Of a stretch of 64,000 nt of DNA, positions 1 through 12,941 are shown piece by piece; within the stretch, counting starts at the first letter, position 1; each line of letters starts with the position of its first letter. The notes below the pieces were generated by a model that was not told the origin of the DNA, ran no database searches, and saw only the letters and a list, made by a program, of their open reading frames with translations. A program made the position numbers and the translations under genes. This stretch comes from Geosiphon pyriformis uo1 (lineage: Eukaryota > Fungi > Glomeromycota): assembly GCA_016748015.1 (NCBI GenBank), contig JAAOMT010000523.1, positions 62,001-126,000 on the forward strand, written 5' to 3'.

Positions 1-2119
1 TTGATAAACTACTATTGCTGATCTCCAGTTTTGTTGAGTTATTCTTGGTCTTTGGTTTCCTCATGCTATTGGATCAGAATTTTAAAACAGTGGTTAAATT
101 GGTTGAGACTGATAGAATACTTGTGGCTGCAGTAGTTGATAGATTATGGGTGTTGTTGGTTGATAAATAAATGCTGAGGACTAATATACTGGAGGTAAGT
201 ATAATTGCTGTGTTATTGGGATTTGATAAATCAGCTGTGTCACTGGAGGATAATATAATTGAGGTTGGTATTGTTTTGGTAATTGATTACTGATGTAATT
301 CTGTAATTGTAGTTGACAATTAGAGTTTTAGTACTAATTAGCTGATCTTAGGTTGCTTATCTTTTTTTGGCATTCAAATTGCAAATGTTTTTGTTTACCA
401 CAATAGTGGCATATGCATGTTTTCTGTTGTTATAATTGATTGGTTGACAATACTAGACATGATTGGTTTTGGACATAATTTGAGTTTCCTTGATTATTGT
501 GTCATTGGAGAGATTGATAGATTGCATGATTGTCAGCTAAGTATCCTTCTAATTTTTAATTGATTGAATCACTGAATTGTTTTAGTTTAGAATCCAAATC
601 AGATGATCTGTTTATTACTAGATTTATGGCTTAGGTGTAATTAGCTTCTAATTCAGTTGATTCAAAGTCTCTGGTGCATGTGACTGTGTCTTGTAAGTTG
701 CCTGAATGTAGCAGTCATATGCATTATAGAATGTTACTGTGTAATCTGTAAATAAACTGATTCAGGATCTGGACAGCGGTAAAATAATTGGCATTGATTG
801 CTTGTATTTGGTATAGATTTTAGTGGAAGCATCCCAAGTAAGTGGTAACTGCTTCAGTGTCTTCTTGTTTAATTGTGGTAAAAGTATTGGCTAGACAGTT
901 GATGCTGTTGCTGTTACTAAAATATCTTAAAAATTCCAATTTAAATGCATCAAATATCTGGGGTTTCTGAGCTAGGCTATGATATTATGAGTTGGCAGCA
1001 TCTTGAAAAAAATAGAGGATTGCTTAAAGAGCTCTGACATTATCCCAGTTATTGGCAGTAATGGCTTTGGTAATGTTGTTGATCTATGTTTGGGTGTCAT
1101 TCTTTTTGCCAGAAAATTTCTCAATTTTGACAATGAGTGTGTATGCTATTGGTATTAATAGTAGTTGTAATTATGGTGATAGTGGTTGTTGTTATGATTG
1201 CTACTGGAGTAATGGTTGTGGCTGTAGCTATTGTTGTTTGTCAATTGGTAAAGCTGGTGGTGGATTAATCACAATTACCAGAGGTAAATATTATTGATTA
1301 TTGATGTTGAGGTTTTGATTGTTCTGGTTTTTTGGAGTTTGATTAACCAGAGTCCCAATTTCTGAGTTATCTAAAATTATGTTTTGGTTATTATTTTTCT
1401 GATTGCTATCTTCCTTTTTCTCAAAGTCAGTTATTTCCCAAGAACTAACAGCTCTGAAATCTGGTTGTAATGGTGGTGATCAAATTTTTGATGGTATTAG
1501 AGAACACAATTTAAATCTCTCAAAGTAATCGCCATATGTTCCTAGTAATTCTGTTTTTTTTGTTTCCTTTGGAATGGGATTTTGTTCAATAGTGTTGTTA
1601 CATTTGTGGTAGATGTGCCAGTTGATGTTATATTGATAGTGCTTCCAGGTGTGTAATGATACAATGGATTGGCAGATAAATCAAATTTTTGTTTCTTCCA
1701 AGTGGGTAGTTGGATTTGTTATGGGGTTTCTGTTGATGTTTGTAGTCTTTCTTTTTTTTTATTGACAAATGTAATAGAAAATCTTTGTTTAGTGTATTTT
1801 TCAATTTCCCTGTTTATTTCTGTAATTAGTAGTGCAAATAAATAGTTTTGTGAAAAGATAGTGCTTTGGAGTAGTTCACTGAAGAAATTGTTAAAGGCAA
1901 ATTCTAGGTCTTTTTGGCCTCCTAAATGATATACAATTCTTTCATTGACGTAGTAATTAAAAGCTAATTCTGTTGGCCAACTATTATTTGTTAATCTGAG
2001 ATGAGTGTAATAATGTTGGAATAAGGATTTTGCAAATCCCAAATGGTTTGTTCCTATTTCTTCGGATTCTGTCACTGTTTGGATGGGATTGTTGGTGTTA
2101 GTTCTCTGTAAGATTATAT

Positions 2120-2136
2120 CTTACAGGGAGCACCAA
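2120..2136 (-). promoter_or_regulatory. tRNA primer-binding site (tRNA identity unassigned)
   Basis: TGGTGCTCCCTGTAAGA two nt after the LTR; near-identical at about 35082-35098 and 38342-38358. Confidence 0.8.
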
Positions 2137-2137
2137 A

Positions 2138-2951
2138 TGTTACAAGTGATTATTTGGAGTCTCAAATTAAATAACAAACTTGTAACTTGGTGCTCAATTG
2201 ATATATAATGATGTTGGTTTCTAATGGTTTTGTTGTGGAGTTCTTTGTATAATGGACAGAGATTCAATAGTTGTTTCTAGTAGTCTCTTGGAATTGCAAT
2301 TCTGTCCAATTTTTTTCTCAGCATGGTGGCCAGTAATCTTGGCAGAAATGCTCTTCTGGTAAGCTACTCTTAAATTCTTAATTCCTATACTCTTCCTTTG
2401 GGGTCTTTTACCAGGCTATTCTTGACATCAATAACTTAGTACTTAATCTCCAATTAATTAGTAAAACAAAAGAAATAACAAAATAAAAGAAAATAAAAGA
2501 AAATAAGCCAAGGCAATGAATGTTAGTATTTCATCAATAGCCATAATCAAAAGCTATTGTTCTAGTGTAGTTAAGTATCAATTACTGTCAACATAAAATG
2601 TTGATAGTGGAAAGTAGATTTGCAATATTAAATAATTATTTATTGATATTTGTAATGTGGAAGACTGCTTAAATTAAATCTAAACTGAGAGATCTGTCTT
2701 TTTTACTTCTAACACTACCATTATATATATATAATTGAGATTCCTCAATTTCTCAATTCTTCACACCAGAAATTCTGTAATTTCTTTTGAGAAGAATTCT
2801 GGAATTCTGCAATTTCTTTTGAGAAGAATTCTGAAATTTCTGGAATTCTGCAATTCCTTTTAAGAAGAATTCTAGAATTCCACATTTACTACAGCTACTT
2901 CTGATTGGCTAATTTATATGCTAATATATTTCTTATATTCTATAAGTAACA
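2138..2951 (-). repeat. 5' LTR of element B (U3 with GAATTC-type repeats, CCAAT and TATA)
   Basis: TG..CA termini; homologous to 25708-26558, 37442-38339 and 40095-40936. Confidence 0.9.
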
Positions 2952-5482
2952 TCAGAAACTAAATGGAGTGACCAAAGGAGGTAGCTATCCAACTTCAAAA
3001 ATTCAAGAATTGTTCGATGCTTTTGGAGAAAAAAAATGGTTCTCAACATTAAACTTAGACAGTAGTTACTGGCAGATAGCCATGAAACCAGAAAACAAAG
3101 AAAAAATGGCTTTTACAATGTGAGAAAAAAATTTTGAATTTGAAGTTATGCCATTTGGTTTGATGAATGCTCCAGTCACATTTCAATAGCTAATAAAAAT
3201 TGTCTATACTGAACTGCTATGGAAATCAGTAGTTATATATTTAGATGACACTAATGTGTTCTTAAAAACATTTAATAATTATCTGTACCATCTCCAACAA
3301 ATATTTAAAAGACTTTGACAAACAGGATTGAAATTAAATGCAAATAAGTGTTTCTTTGAAAAGACTGAACTCAAGTTTTTGGAACATATTGTAAGCAAAG
3401 ACAGTATCAAAACAGATCCAAACAAGATTGAGATAGTCAAGAACTTTTCAGTACTAACCAACTTGATGGAACTAAGAGCATTCTTGAAATTTGCTGGATA
3501 CTATTACTGCTTTAACAAAGATTTTTTTAAACTGGCTCAGCCATTACACAAGTTCCAAACAAAGAACACCAAGTATGAATGGATGAAAAACCAACAAAAA
3601 GCTTTTGACATATTAAGAAAAAAGCTTATCCAAGCTCCAGTGTTAATATATCCAGATTACAGTAAACCATTTATTATTACCACTAATACATCAGACCAAG
3701 CATTGGGAGCAGTACTATTGCAGAGAAAATTGAATGAAAGAAAACATCCAATAGCATATGCCAGCCAAAGCTTAAGTTCAGCTAAAAAGAACTATGGAAC
3801 ACTTAGCTATTTATTGGACTGTTATCAAATAGAAAAAATACTTAAGTCAAAAGTTTGATGTGTATACTGATTATAAAAGATTGACTTTAATACAAAAGCA
3901 AAAATTTGGAGATGATTGTCATGCCAGATAGAAAATAGAACTTTTTTCATTTAATTATATGATACATTACAAAAAAGAAAAAGAAAATGGAAATGCCAAT
4001 GGACTGTTGTGAATAAGACAAATCTAAAAACATTTCAACCCAAAAATATAACAAAAAATGAATATACAAAAATACCAACAACTCCAACATTATATAAATA
4101 CCTAATTGTTTAAAGAGAAATTATCTTAAAAGGAACAAAACAACATAAAACAGCAATCAAAATATTTTATCAACCATCAAAATATACTTTACCAGAAAAA
4201 CAAAAGAAATCCAGATCAACCAATCAGAGTAATTACAGAACCAGAGAAAGAGACAATATTATTCAACATGTACTCAGATCTAACAGCAGGACATTTTTAC
4301 AAAAAAACAACCATGGAAAAAATCAAAAAAAATACTATTGGCCATCAATGTATCCAAACATTATGCAATATGTTTAAAGTTGTGATGCTTGTTAAAAAAG
4401 AGGTGGAACAAAATCCAGTGAACCATTGAGACCAATCAAAGTAGAACAACCATTCAACTGTATCAAAATTGACTTAGTCAGACCATTAACAATCACCAGC
4501 AGAGGCAACAGATATATTGTAGTAGTCATGAATTATTTCACAAAATGGCCAAAAGCAAAAGCCATTCAAAGAGCAGATGCAAAATCCATTGCCAAATTTG
4601 TTTATCAAGATTTGATCTGTCAACACAGATGTTCAAAAGAACTATTATTAAATCAAGAAACTTATTTTGTGAATAGAACATTAACAGAATTAAGCCAAAG
4701 ATTTGAGATAAAAAGACCATTATCATTACCATACTATCCACAAACAAATGGGTTAGTTGAAAGATTTAACAGAACATTGTGTAAAGCCATAGCCAAAATC
4801 AGCCAAGAAAACCAGGATGAATAAAATTTGTTCATACCATTAGTATTATTTGCTTACAGAACAATGAAGCAAGATACTATACAAGCAATACCATTTGAAT
4901 TAGTATATGGAAGGACAGCAACAGTACCAGTTGAGATAAAAATCAAAAGATATCCAACAAAACCAATAACAGAAGAGAATTTTTAAAGAATATTGTTGAA
5001 AAAAACATATGAATTAATGGAGACACTAGAAAGCAAATGGCAAAAAGCAGCTAATAACATCCAAAAGTCACAAAAAAACAAAAAAAAAGATATAATAACC
5101 AACTACCAGATAAACCAGTTAAATTCAGGATTGGAGACAAAATACTTCTACATTGTACCAAAGTAAAAAAACAATAAAATAGAAAATTTGACCTCAAATG
5201 GAATAAACCATTTCACATAGAAGAAATTCTAGAAAATAGAGCTTATAAATTAAGGTTAAACAACAAAATATTAACCAAAGCAGCACATAGAGATTGACTG
5301 AAATTATATTAAAACAGAACATCAGCATTCACCAGTAATATTCCACAACTGGGAGCACAGAGAATACTGGTTCAACCAGATGAGATTTCATGAGATCTAG
5401 AACCAATCATAGTTATTGAACCAAATATGTCAAATTGAGAAATATATAAAGACACAATATACATAACAAAAGCAACAAAAAA

Positions 5483-6118
5483 ATGGAAATACCAGACCAG
5501 ATTCACACTTTAGCTTAACAATTGTTTTAGACTTTAAGTTAACAGCAAATAAACATGAAAATTATTATCAACAACCAAACAATCTGTTATTAAAACACCA
5601 AACAAAAAGGGAAAACTACACCATATTAGCAACTACAGAAACAATTAATAAACTGGTCAGATAAAATAGTAGAAAAAGTAAAGAACACTTTTGGAAAGAT
5701 AACAATTATGGTTTCAACAGAAAAACTGGCTAAAAAAAATTAGAACCAATAGATAGACCAATTTCCAATACCATACTGCTACTATCAATTGGAACAAAAA
5801 GTAGATATTCAGAAGTTATATCTTGATAAATCCAAGAGAATCTTCAATCAAGAAATAATTTGGAACATTAAAGACATTATTGGAAAGAAAACAAATTTAA
5901 CACTATACATCAGAGCCATTTATCAACTACACACTATATTCCAAAACTACCCAGAAGTATTGTTACACTCTGACATAGAAACAATAATTATTAACCAATG
6001 AGGAAAAATGAACAATTCACAAATTAAAAAAATAAAAAGTAGGATAGAACAGACACTACTTGAAAAAAAAGTATTTGACATAATTCAAAATAAGAATTTT
6101 GATAGAGCTTAATATTAA
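5483..6118 (+). pseudogene. ORF3 of element A (decayed), homologous to 20139-20807
   Basis: MEIPDQIHTLA.., FPIPYCYYQL and NFDRA*Y* align with MILIPENINNI.., FPINYCYYQL and NFNRAQF*. Confidence 0.75.
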
Positions 6119-6131
6119 AAGAAGAAAATAA

Positions 6132-6923
6132 TGTTACTCATAAAAAAAAAAACAGATATAGAAAATAGTAGACCAATAGAAAAATAGTAGTCAGCACATG
6201 AGCATATTGCTCAGTAATGTGAAGCAATATTAGAAAATTAGGGCACATTGCTCAAAAAATCATAGCACATTGCTTGGGAATGTGAGTGATCTTGTAAAAC
6301 ATCAATTATGTATATATAGCAGTAGCATTAGAAAAAAAAAAGACAGATCTCTTAGTTTAGATTTGATCTAAGCAATCTTTTACATCCCAAATATCAAATA
6401 AACAATTATTTACCATCTCAATTCACTCTCCACTATCAACACTTTATGTTGATAGTTGTTGACACTTAACCACACTAAAACAATAGCTTTTAATCATAAC
6501 TATTGATAGAATATTAACATACAAATCACTTTGGCTTATTTTCTTATTTTCCTTTATTTTTTTTTCTTTTCTTGCTTTATTTTTCTTTGTTTATTAACTT
6601 GATTAAAAAGAATTACATGCAGAGATATTGACATCAGAATATAACATTGATAAAAAACCCAGAAATAAGGGTAGACACTTGAAATAAAGAATATCTTACC
6701 AAAAAGATTACTGGCTATCATGCTGAGAAAGAAATTAATGAAATTGTGGTTTTGGGAAGCTATGGATAAAAACTATCAAGTAAATCTCTATCTATTATAC
6801 AAAAAACTCAATCAAAACCTTCAAAAACCACATCTTCAGAAATTGCCAACAACATTATATCAATTGAACACCAAGTTACAGATTTGTTATTTGCTTTGAG
6901 ACCCCAAATAATCATCTGTAAGA
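6132..6923 (+). repeat. 3' LTR of element A (U3 with AGCACATTGCTC-type repeats)
   Basis: TGTTACTCA start after the PPT; TGTAAGA end; homologous to 35100-35899. Confidence 0.88.
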
Positions 6924-9900
6924 GTGTTTATCTCTTCAAATTTGGTTAATGCAATAGTATGTTGCAATGTTTTGTCTATTAGTGAACATTTTAATACTAA
7001 TCATAAGGCTGTTTCTGTGTTAGTAGATTTGGATAGATTATTGGACACACAATTGTACTCTCTTTGCAAACAAACAAACAAGAATCATTGGAAATTCAAT
7101 TTTAAAAATACTAGTGATGCCAAATGAGCCAAGTTTAAGGATGCTATAACAACAAATATGACTATGTTTACAGATAAATTCTGTGTGTTTAAAAAACTCT
7201 TAGATTTAGACACAATATGAAATACTGTTTGCAAGACAATATGTTTGCTGGCTGAAAAAGTTTTTAGAAAGAAATAGGTTAAGAGATATAATAGTGTTTA
7301 CACTAAAGAATTATCTAGATTTTACAAACTGAAACTTTTGGTGTCTAAGATTGTTAGAGCCTCTTGTTAGGTGTCTTATGATAAGTTTGCATTATTGTTG
7401 GATACATAAGATAGTCTTAATACTATTAATGTCTCTGTGGTAAAGTTTTTTTTCTTTTTGGGATCTCATTTTGATAATATTAGATCTGCTCTGATTAGGA
7501 TTAGAAAGTCTTATTACTCTTCTAAGATAATAGAATCAAAATGTGCTAAGAAGTCTTAGATCAAATTAGCAATTAATAAAAGAATAGAGAATTTTGAACT
7601 GGACAAAGGTTGTATTATCAAAAGTGTATTAAAGTGTTTTTTTCACAAAGTGGTGTTGAATCATTTGGTTATTGATAATGAACTAATTTTAAAGCTTAAT
7701 CAAGTCAAGGCAAAAGTAGATATAGTTATAGAAGACTGAACTCAAAAGCATGTCATGGTTTTTGATCTCTCTGATAATTGGTTTTGTCAGTATTAACTTT
7801 TAGATTATGTTTTTAATAATGTTTTTTCAAATGTGATATGTATAGTTAATTTTAATGAAATGTTTGATGTGATTTCTGCTCTGCTTAATGGAAAGGCTGC
7901 TGGTCTTTTCAGCATCTCAAATAAATTGTAAAAACATTGTGATAAGTCTGTATTGGATATGTTTTTGGTGTTTTTGAACTCTTGTTTAAATTATAAGTTG
8001 GTGCCTGGTTCTTGAAAGGAGACTTGGGTCTTAATAATTCTCAAACCATATAAATAGGAAGACATTCTTATAAATACCCAATCTATTGTTTTAATTGAAA
8101 CAGCTTGCAAGGTTTTTTTCAAAATTCTCTCAGATAAAATTTCTTTGGCTTGTAGCTCTTTTGATGTTTTCCATAGGGATAATTTTTTTGTTCTAAAAAG
8201 TATAACAATATAATCTCTTATTTTTGCTATTGGTTTAGTAATAAAAGATTTCTTAGAAAAGAACTGTGAATTGTAACTGGTTTTGCAAGATATGCATAAG
8301 ACTTATAATTCTATTAGATAAAAACATCTCAAGAAAAGTTTGATCAGAATTAAGATATATGACAGATTTATTAAATTTTTTAGTTGTATTCACAATAATT
8401 GGATTAATAAAGTCATAACTGATTTTGGTTTGACTGATGATTATTGGATTTATGATGGGTTGGATTAGAAAAAAGTTTTTTCACTTCTTCTTTGGCACAT
8501 ATTTTATGATCTATTTTTGTGTGAAATTAAGAGACAAAAAAGTATGTATGATTATAGATTAAGTTTTTATTATGTTGCCAAAACTGGCTAAGCAGAATCT
8601 TAGGCTGGACTAACTTTTTTTTTGCTGCTGGTGTGTTTGTTAATGATACAATCTGAATTGGTAGTAATTAGGCTGTTATACAGCATATCTTCAGTATTGC
8701 TAGTAAATTTTTTAAGATCAATAATATTTTTATAAATAATAATAAAACAGTAACCATTTTTATTAACTGCAGGGTTGTGAGCCCATCTTTGTTTGTTAAT
8801 AGTATGCCTATTTCTATTGTTAAAAAAGGAAAATTTTATTGCTATCTAAGCATTTTTTTATTTTTTAAGGATTTGTTAAAGTCTAACTTGGCTAAAGTGC
8901 ACTTAAATGTTTGGTTTTTTGCCAATTTTGTTTTGAAAAAAACAATCTCTAATAAACAGTTTTCATATCTGGTGTCAGCAATTCTTCATCTTATTATTAG
9001 CTATAGGACTCAATTCAGTTTTATTCTTATTGGTGTGTATAATAAATAAGATACTCTGATTCACAAAAACTTAAAATCCAAATTTGGTCTACCACTTAAC
9101 TTTCCCAATAATACCATTTATTACCCCTTTTTATATGATTTAAAAACTTTTGAACAGATTTAAACAGAAAGCAAATTGGCTTTCATTGTTTATTTTGCAA
9201 ATTTTAGTAAGATTTTGGGTCGTTTTTTTGTGCATAGATCACATGACCTGCAAGTGCTCAGCTGGTATCTACACTACTCTTTGCTGTTTTTAGCTCACAT
9301 TAATGTTAATCTGTCAAATAATTTTTTGGCTGGTATTATCCATATTTTTTTAGAATATGATTTGTCTTTGGATAGTCTTACAACCAATGCTTTTTGTTTT
9401 CGAGATGGTTTTATGTTACTTGTTCTTAATGGGTCAATATACTTTAAGTGTACTTCTTTGCTTTGGTGGTATAAAATTGCCTTTGTAGACCAACTTTGCA
9501 ACCATGCTGGTACAGTCTTCAATTAGAGAACATTCAAGAAGTGGAAAAAATTGGATCTATACAGCTCAGTTCCCAATTGGTTTGAGCTTTTTGTTCATTT
9601 TCTTAATGGTATAGCCTCTCTTCCTGTTTGTTTTTCTCTTTCAAGAGACATTGGCTTGTTGAGTGTTCTTGGTTCTTATGAAGTTGGAGTTGTCCATAAT
9701 CATTTGTTGAATGTTGATGCCAGTCATCTTTCTGTCTATACAGATAAATCTCTATATAATCTGAATACTGTTAACATGAGGGCTGGTGCAGCTGTTTTTT
9801 TTGAGTATATTAATTTTGGTTTAGATGTTGAAGTTTTTGGTTTGGTGTTTTCTACTATAACAGAGTTGTAGGTTATTTCACTAGCACTCAAGTTTATTTT

Positions 9901-11138
9901 CTCTTCTAGTTCAATTCAGCTTTTTTTGGACAGCCAGACTGCTTTGAATGCTTGCAAATTGGAATTAGGTTTAATGTGTTCAAACTTCAGAAACAGATGT
10001 TGAGTTAAATATTATCATATTGTGGGCATTATTTGTGAAAAGAATCTGGATGTCAACTGACTTAAGGTGAAAAGTTATTCAGATGTTTCTGGCAATAAAT
10101 ATGCTAATGCATTTACAAAGACTGTCTTTCTCTTATTAGATTAAAGAATATTATATTAGGACTGATAGTGGTATTGTTTTTGGTAATTTTAGACATTTTG
10201 TTCATAATGTTTTTTGTTCTATTTATTGTGTACACTGGAAGGTTGGTTCTGGTTCTTAGATTATGGTAAACAGTTTGCATGTAGATGTTAATTGGTTTAG
10301 ATTTTTTTCAGTATAGCACTTTAATTCCCACTTGGCCATCAGTTTTACTAGTAGATATACTCCTGGTGTTTGCATATATTTTATGAAAGCTTTATATTAC
10401 TGGCTTTCTGTTGCTGTTTGCAAGTGTTTATATAACAAATGTTATCTTAGTGTAGTGTGTTTGTTCTGTGGAAATGTTGAGATCTTGAACCATGCTTTTT
10501 CTTGTTTATTTAACTTTACTGCTTATATTTGGTTATTAGATACTTATATAGCTTATTAAAAAATGCTTTCTGGTCTTTTTTATTCTTCTTTATGTATAAT
10601 GCAGTTATTGTCTTTTTGTGTTTCTAACATTTTAGTGTGTATGGCTCTGTGTAAGAGTTTTGTTTTCAATAATTGGTACTGAAAGTTTTTTTCTGTCTTC
10701 AAGAATTCAAAAATTGCAGACCAAAAAATTGTGGACTTTGTGCACAAATTTTTGCCTTATGTTCCAAGATAAAATATGATTGGCTCATACTAAATACTGG
10801 GCTTTTATAGAAAAAATAGACTGATTTCATGTAATAAGTCTATTTTTGTCTCAATAGCTAGGCTTTTTTTAGTTTTTTTGGCTGGTATAATTAAGTTATT
10901 GGGTATTGCTAAAGCTTTTGGGGTTAGTTTCAGTCTGCATAAATCTTGTTTGTTTTTTTCGAATATAGATGACTTAGTTTTAATTTATATAGGAGCTTAG
11001 TGTTGTCTTGATTAGTTTGAGTGGCTGGTTATGTGTAAAAAATACATAATTTACACCTAGTTTAGATTATTTATATATGATGTATTATACTAAGCGGTGT
11101 TTGGATCTCACTTGTTAAATATTAATAAAATAAAAAAA
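6924..11138 (+). mobile_element. LINE-1 copy (non-LTR retrotransposon): APE C-terminus, RT, RNase H, Cys/His knuckle, 3' UTR and A tail; decayed
   Basis: FISSNLVN..HKAVS (APE end); LQDMHKTYNS and FVNDT (RT); SVYTD..GAAVFF (RNase H); CLFCGNVE..H.F.C; shared 3' tail. Confidence 0.9.
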
Positions 11139-11984
11139 TTTTAATTTTGTAAGCTTTTTAATATATTATATTTTTAATAATTATTGTATTAAATTTAAAA
11201 AATATTATAATTTTTACATTAAAAAATATAAAAATTTGTTAATAATAATATTTAAAATTCTTATTTTTTTTTTTATTGTTTAACTAAATAAGATCCAAAT
11301 GCTATTTAGCACAATACATTAAACTAAATAATTTAAACTAGGTACAAATTATGTACTTTCTACATGTAATTAGTCATTCAAACTAATCAAAACAATACTA
11401 CAAATTTATCTTAACAGACACTGCATTATTAACACCAGAAAAAAAACAGCAAGACCTATGAAAACCAAACCTAATACTAAGTACTTCAGTAATACTAAGC
11501 AATTTAATAATTCCAACAAAAAGCAAAGATGACAGACTGTAGATCTTAGGTAACACCAAACCATCTCCTATGATTAGGCTCTTTTTCTTCATAATTGCTC
11601 TATACTTGATCTGAACCATCTATATATCAGTATAGTAAGCCACTTTTAAGTCTTAAACAAAATTTACAACATTTTTACTGGCAATTTTAATGTCATCAAA
11701 AATAAACAAGGCCTCTAAAAACCAATTTTTGAACAAAAAACTCTTATACAAAACAATATAAACAATGTTATTAAAAACACACAAAAAAAGCATCTACAAA
11801 ACCTAAGACAAGACTAAGTTTAAACTCAACAAGACACCTCATTAAGACATATAAAACCTAATCAGGTCTTTGCAAATCTTATCATTAAATACATACATAA
11901 ACAAATAGTCAGAACTTTCTACATTTCCACAATGAAGATATAAAACACTAAAGTACTTTTTATCATACAAATATTTCTGAACAG

Positions 11985-12858
11985 TGTTACGGTTTAAGAA
12001 TTTAGCAAAAAGAATTATAAAAATAATACAAACTATTCAATTATAATATAGCACAGTAATAATTTTAGAAAGATAATGATTAACATAGTAGCAAACACCA
12101 TCTTGTGATAGTAACAAGCACCAGTTCACAATAGCAGCCAACACCAACTGGTGATAGCAGCAAACACCAGGTTGAAATATCAAAAAGAAAGTATTATAAT
12201 GTGTTTTCTCATAGAACTACAAACATGTATATATACAGTAGTTTTAATATTAAGAAAAAAAATCAAGTAATAAAAATCATAACTTATCAAGCAATAGATC
12301 CAATTTTATCCAACAAACTCCACTTTAAATCATACTTTCAAATTAAATATTCCAAGAAACCTTTAAATCAAAAAGAAATGAAAAAAAATATTTAAAACTG
12401 AATTATCACAACCCAAAGTATTAAGAAACTTACTTGTATTATTTATTGAATGAAACTATCATTCATCAACTGAATCTCTTGGAAGAATAATTCTTGATCA
12501 AAATTATTCACATTGTTACTAATTGATAAAAGCTTTATTGTAAGAATTAGAAAAAGTGCTAAAGACCATTAATATTCTGTGTTTCTAGATTAGAGAAACA
12601 CATCAGGCAATTGCAAGGATAGCCTCAGAGAAGACCCCAGACAGTAGGTAGATTTCAGTTCAGCCTTTGAGAAAGAGTACATAAACACACACAACAATCA
12701 GGAATTGAAGAATAACTTATATTGCAACATTAAAAAGAAAGCCTTCAATATAACAGTGACATTATCACACAAATAGAATTGAGAAACTCACGAAAGACTG
12801 ATTGCAATTAAAATGGGATATCAGCAATTAAATATAACAAGAAAACCATCCCGTAACA
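11985..12858 (+). repeat. 5' LTR of element C
   Basis: About 96% identical to 20821-21694; TG..CA. Confidence 0.97.
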
Positions 12859-12941
12859 TTTGGTGAACCCTACGAGGAAAGAAAATCAAAAAAAGAAATA
12901 ATAATTAGCAATAATTCATTGCTAAAAAGGAAAAGACAAAA

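Larger units (their letters stand above)
1..2951 (-). mobile_element. Ty3/Gypsy LTR retrotransposon B (family 1): 5' LTR, PBS and decayed gag; continues beyond window start; inserted into the RT of element A
   Basis: LTR 2138-2951 with TGTTAC...GTAACA ends; PBS TGGTGCTCCCTG next to it; gag N-terminus GFAKSLFQHY; capsid-like remnants at about 750-1150; host RT resumes at 2952. Confidence 0.9.
2952..6923 (+). mobile_element. Ty3/Gypsy element A, 3' half: RT, RNase H, integrase, ORF3, PPT, 3' LTR (pseudogenised)
   Basis: KLNGVTK..YP..FSTLNLDSSYWQI, YLDD, RNase H IAYAS, integrase YYPQTNGLVERFNRTL; purine tract about 6117-6131; LTR 6132-6923. Confidence 0.92.

Noticed and set aside
11000-11120. 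Hammerhead or HDV ribozyme in the LINE tail
   Set aside because: No convincing CUGANGA/GAAA core or HDV topology could be assembled
12201-12395. 64-aa ORF repeated at 21037 and 33592
   Set aside because: Lies inside LTR copies; the recurrence reflects LTR duplication and there is no protein signal
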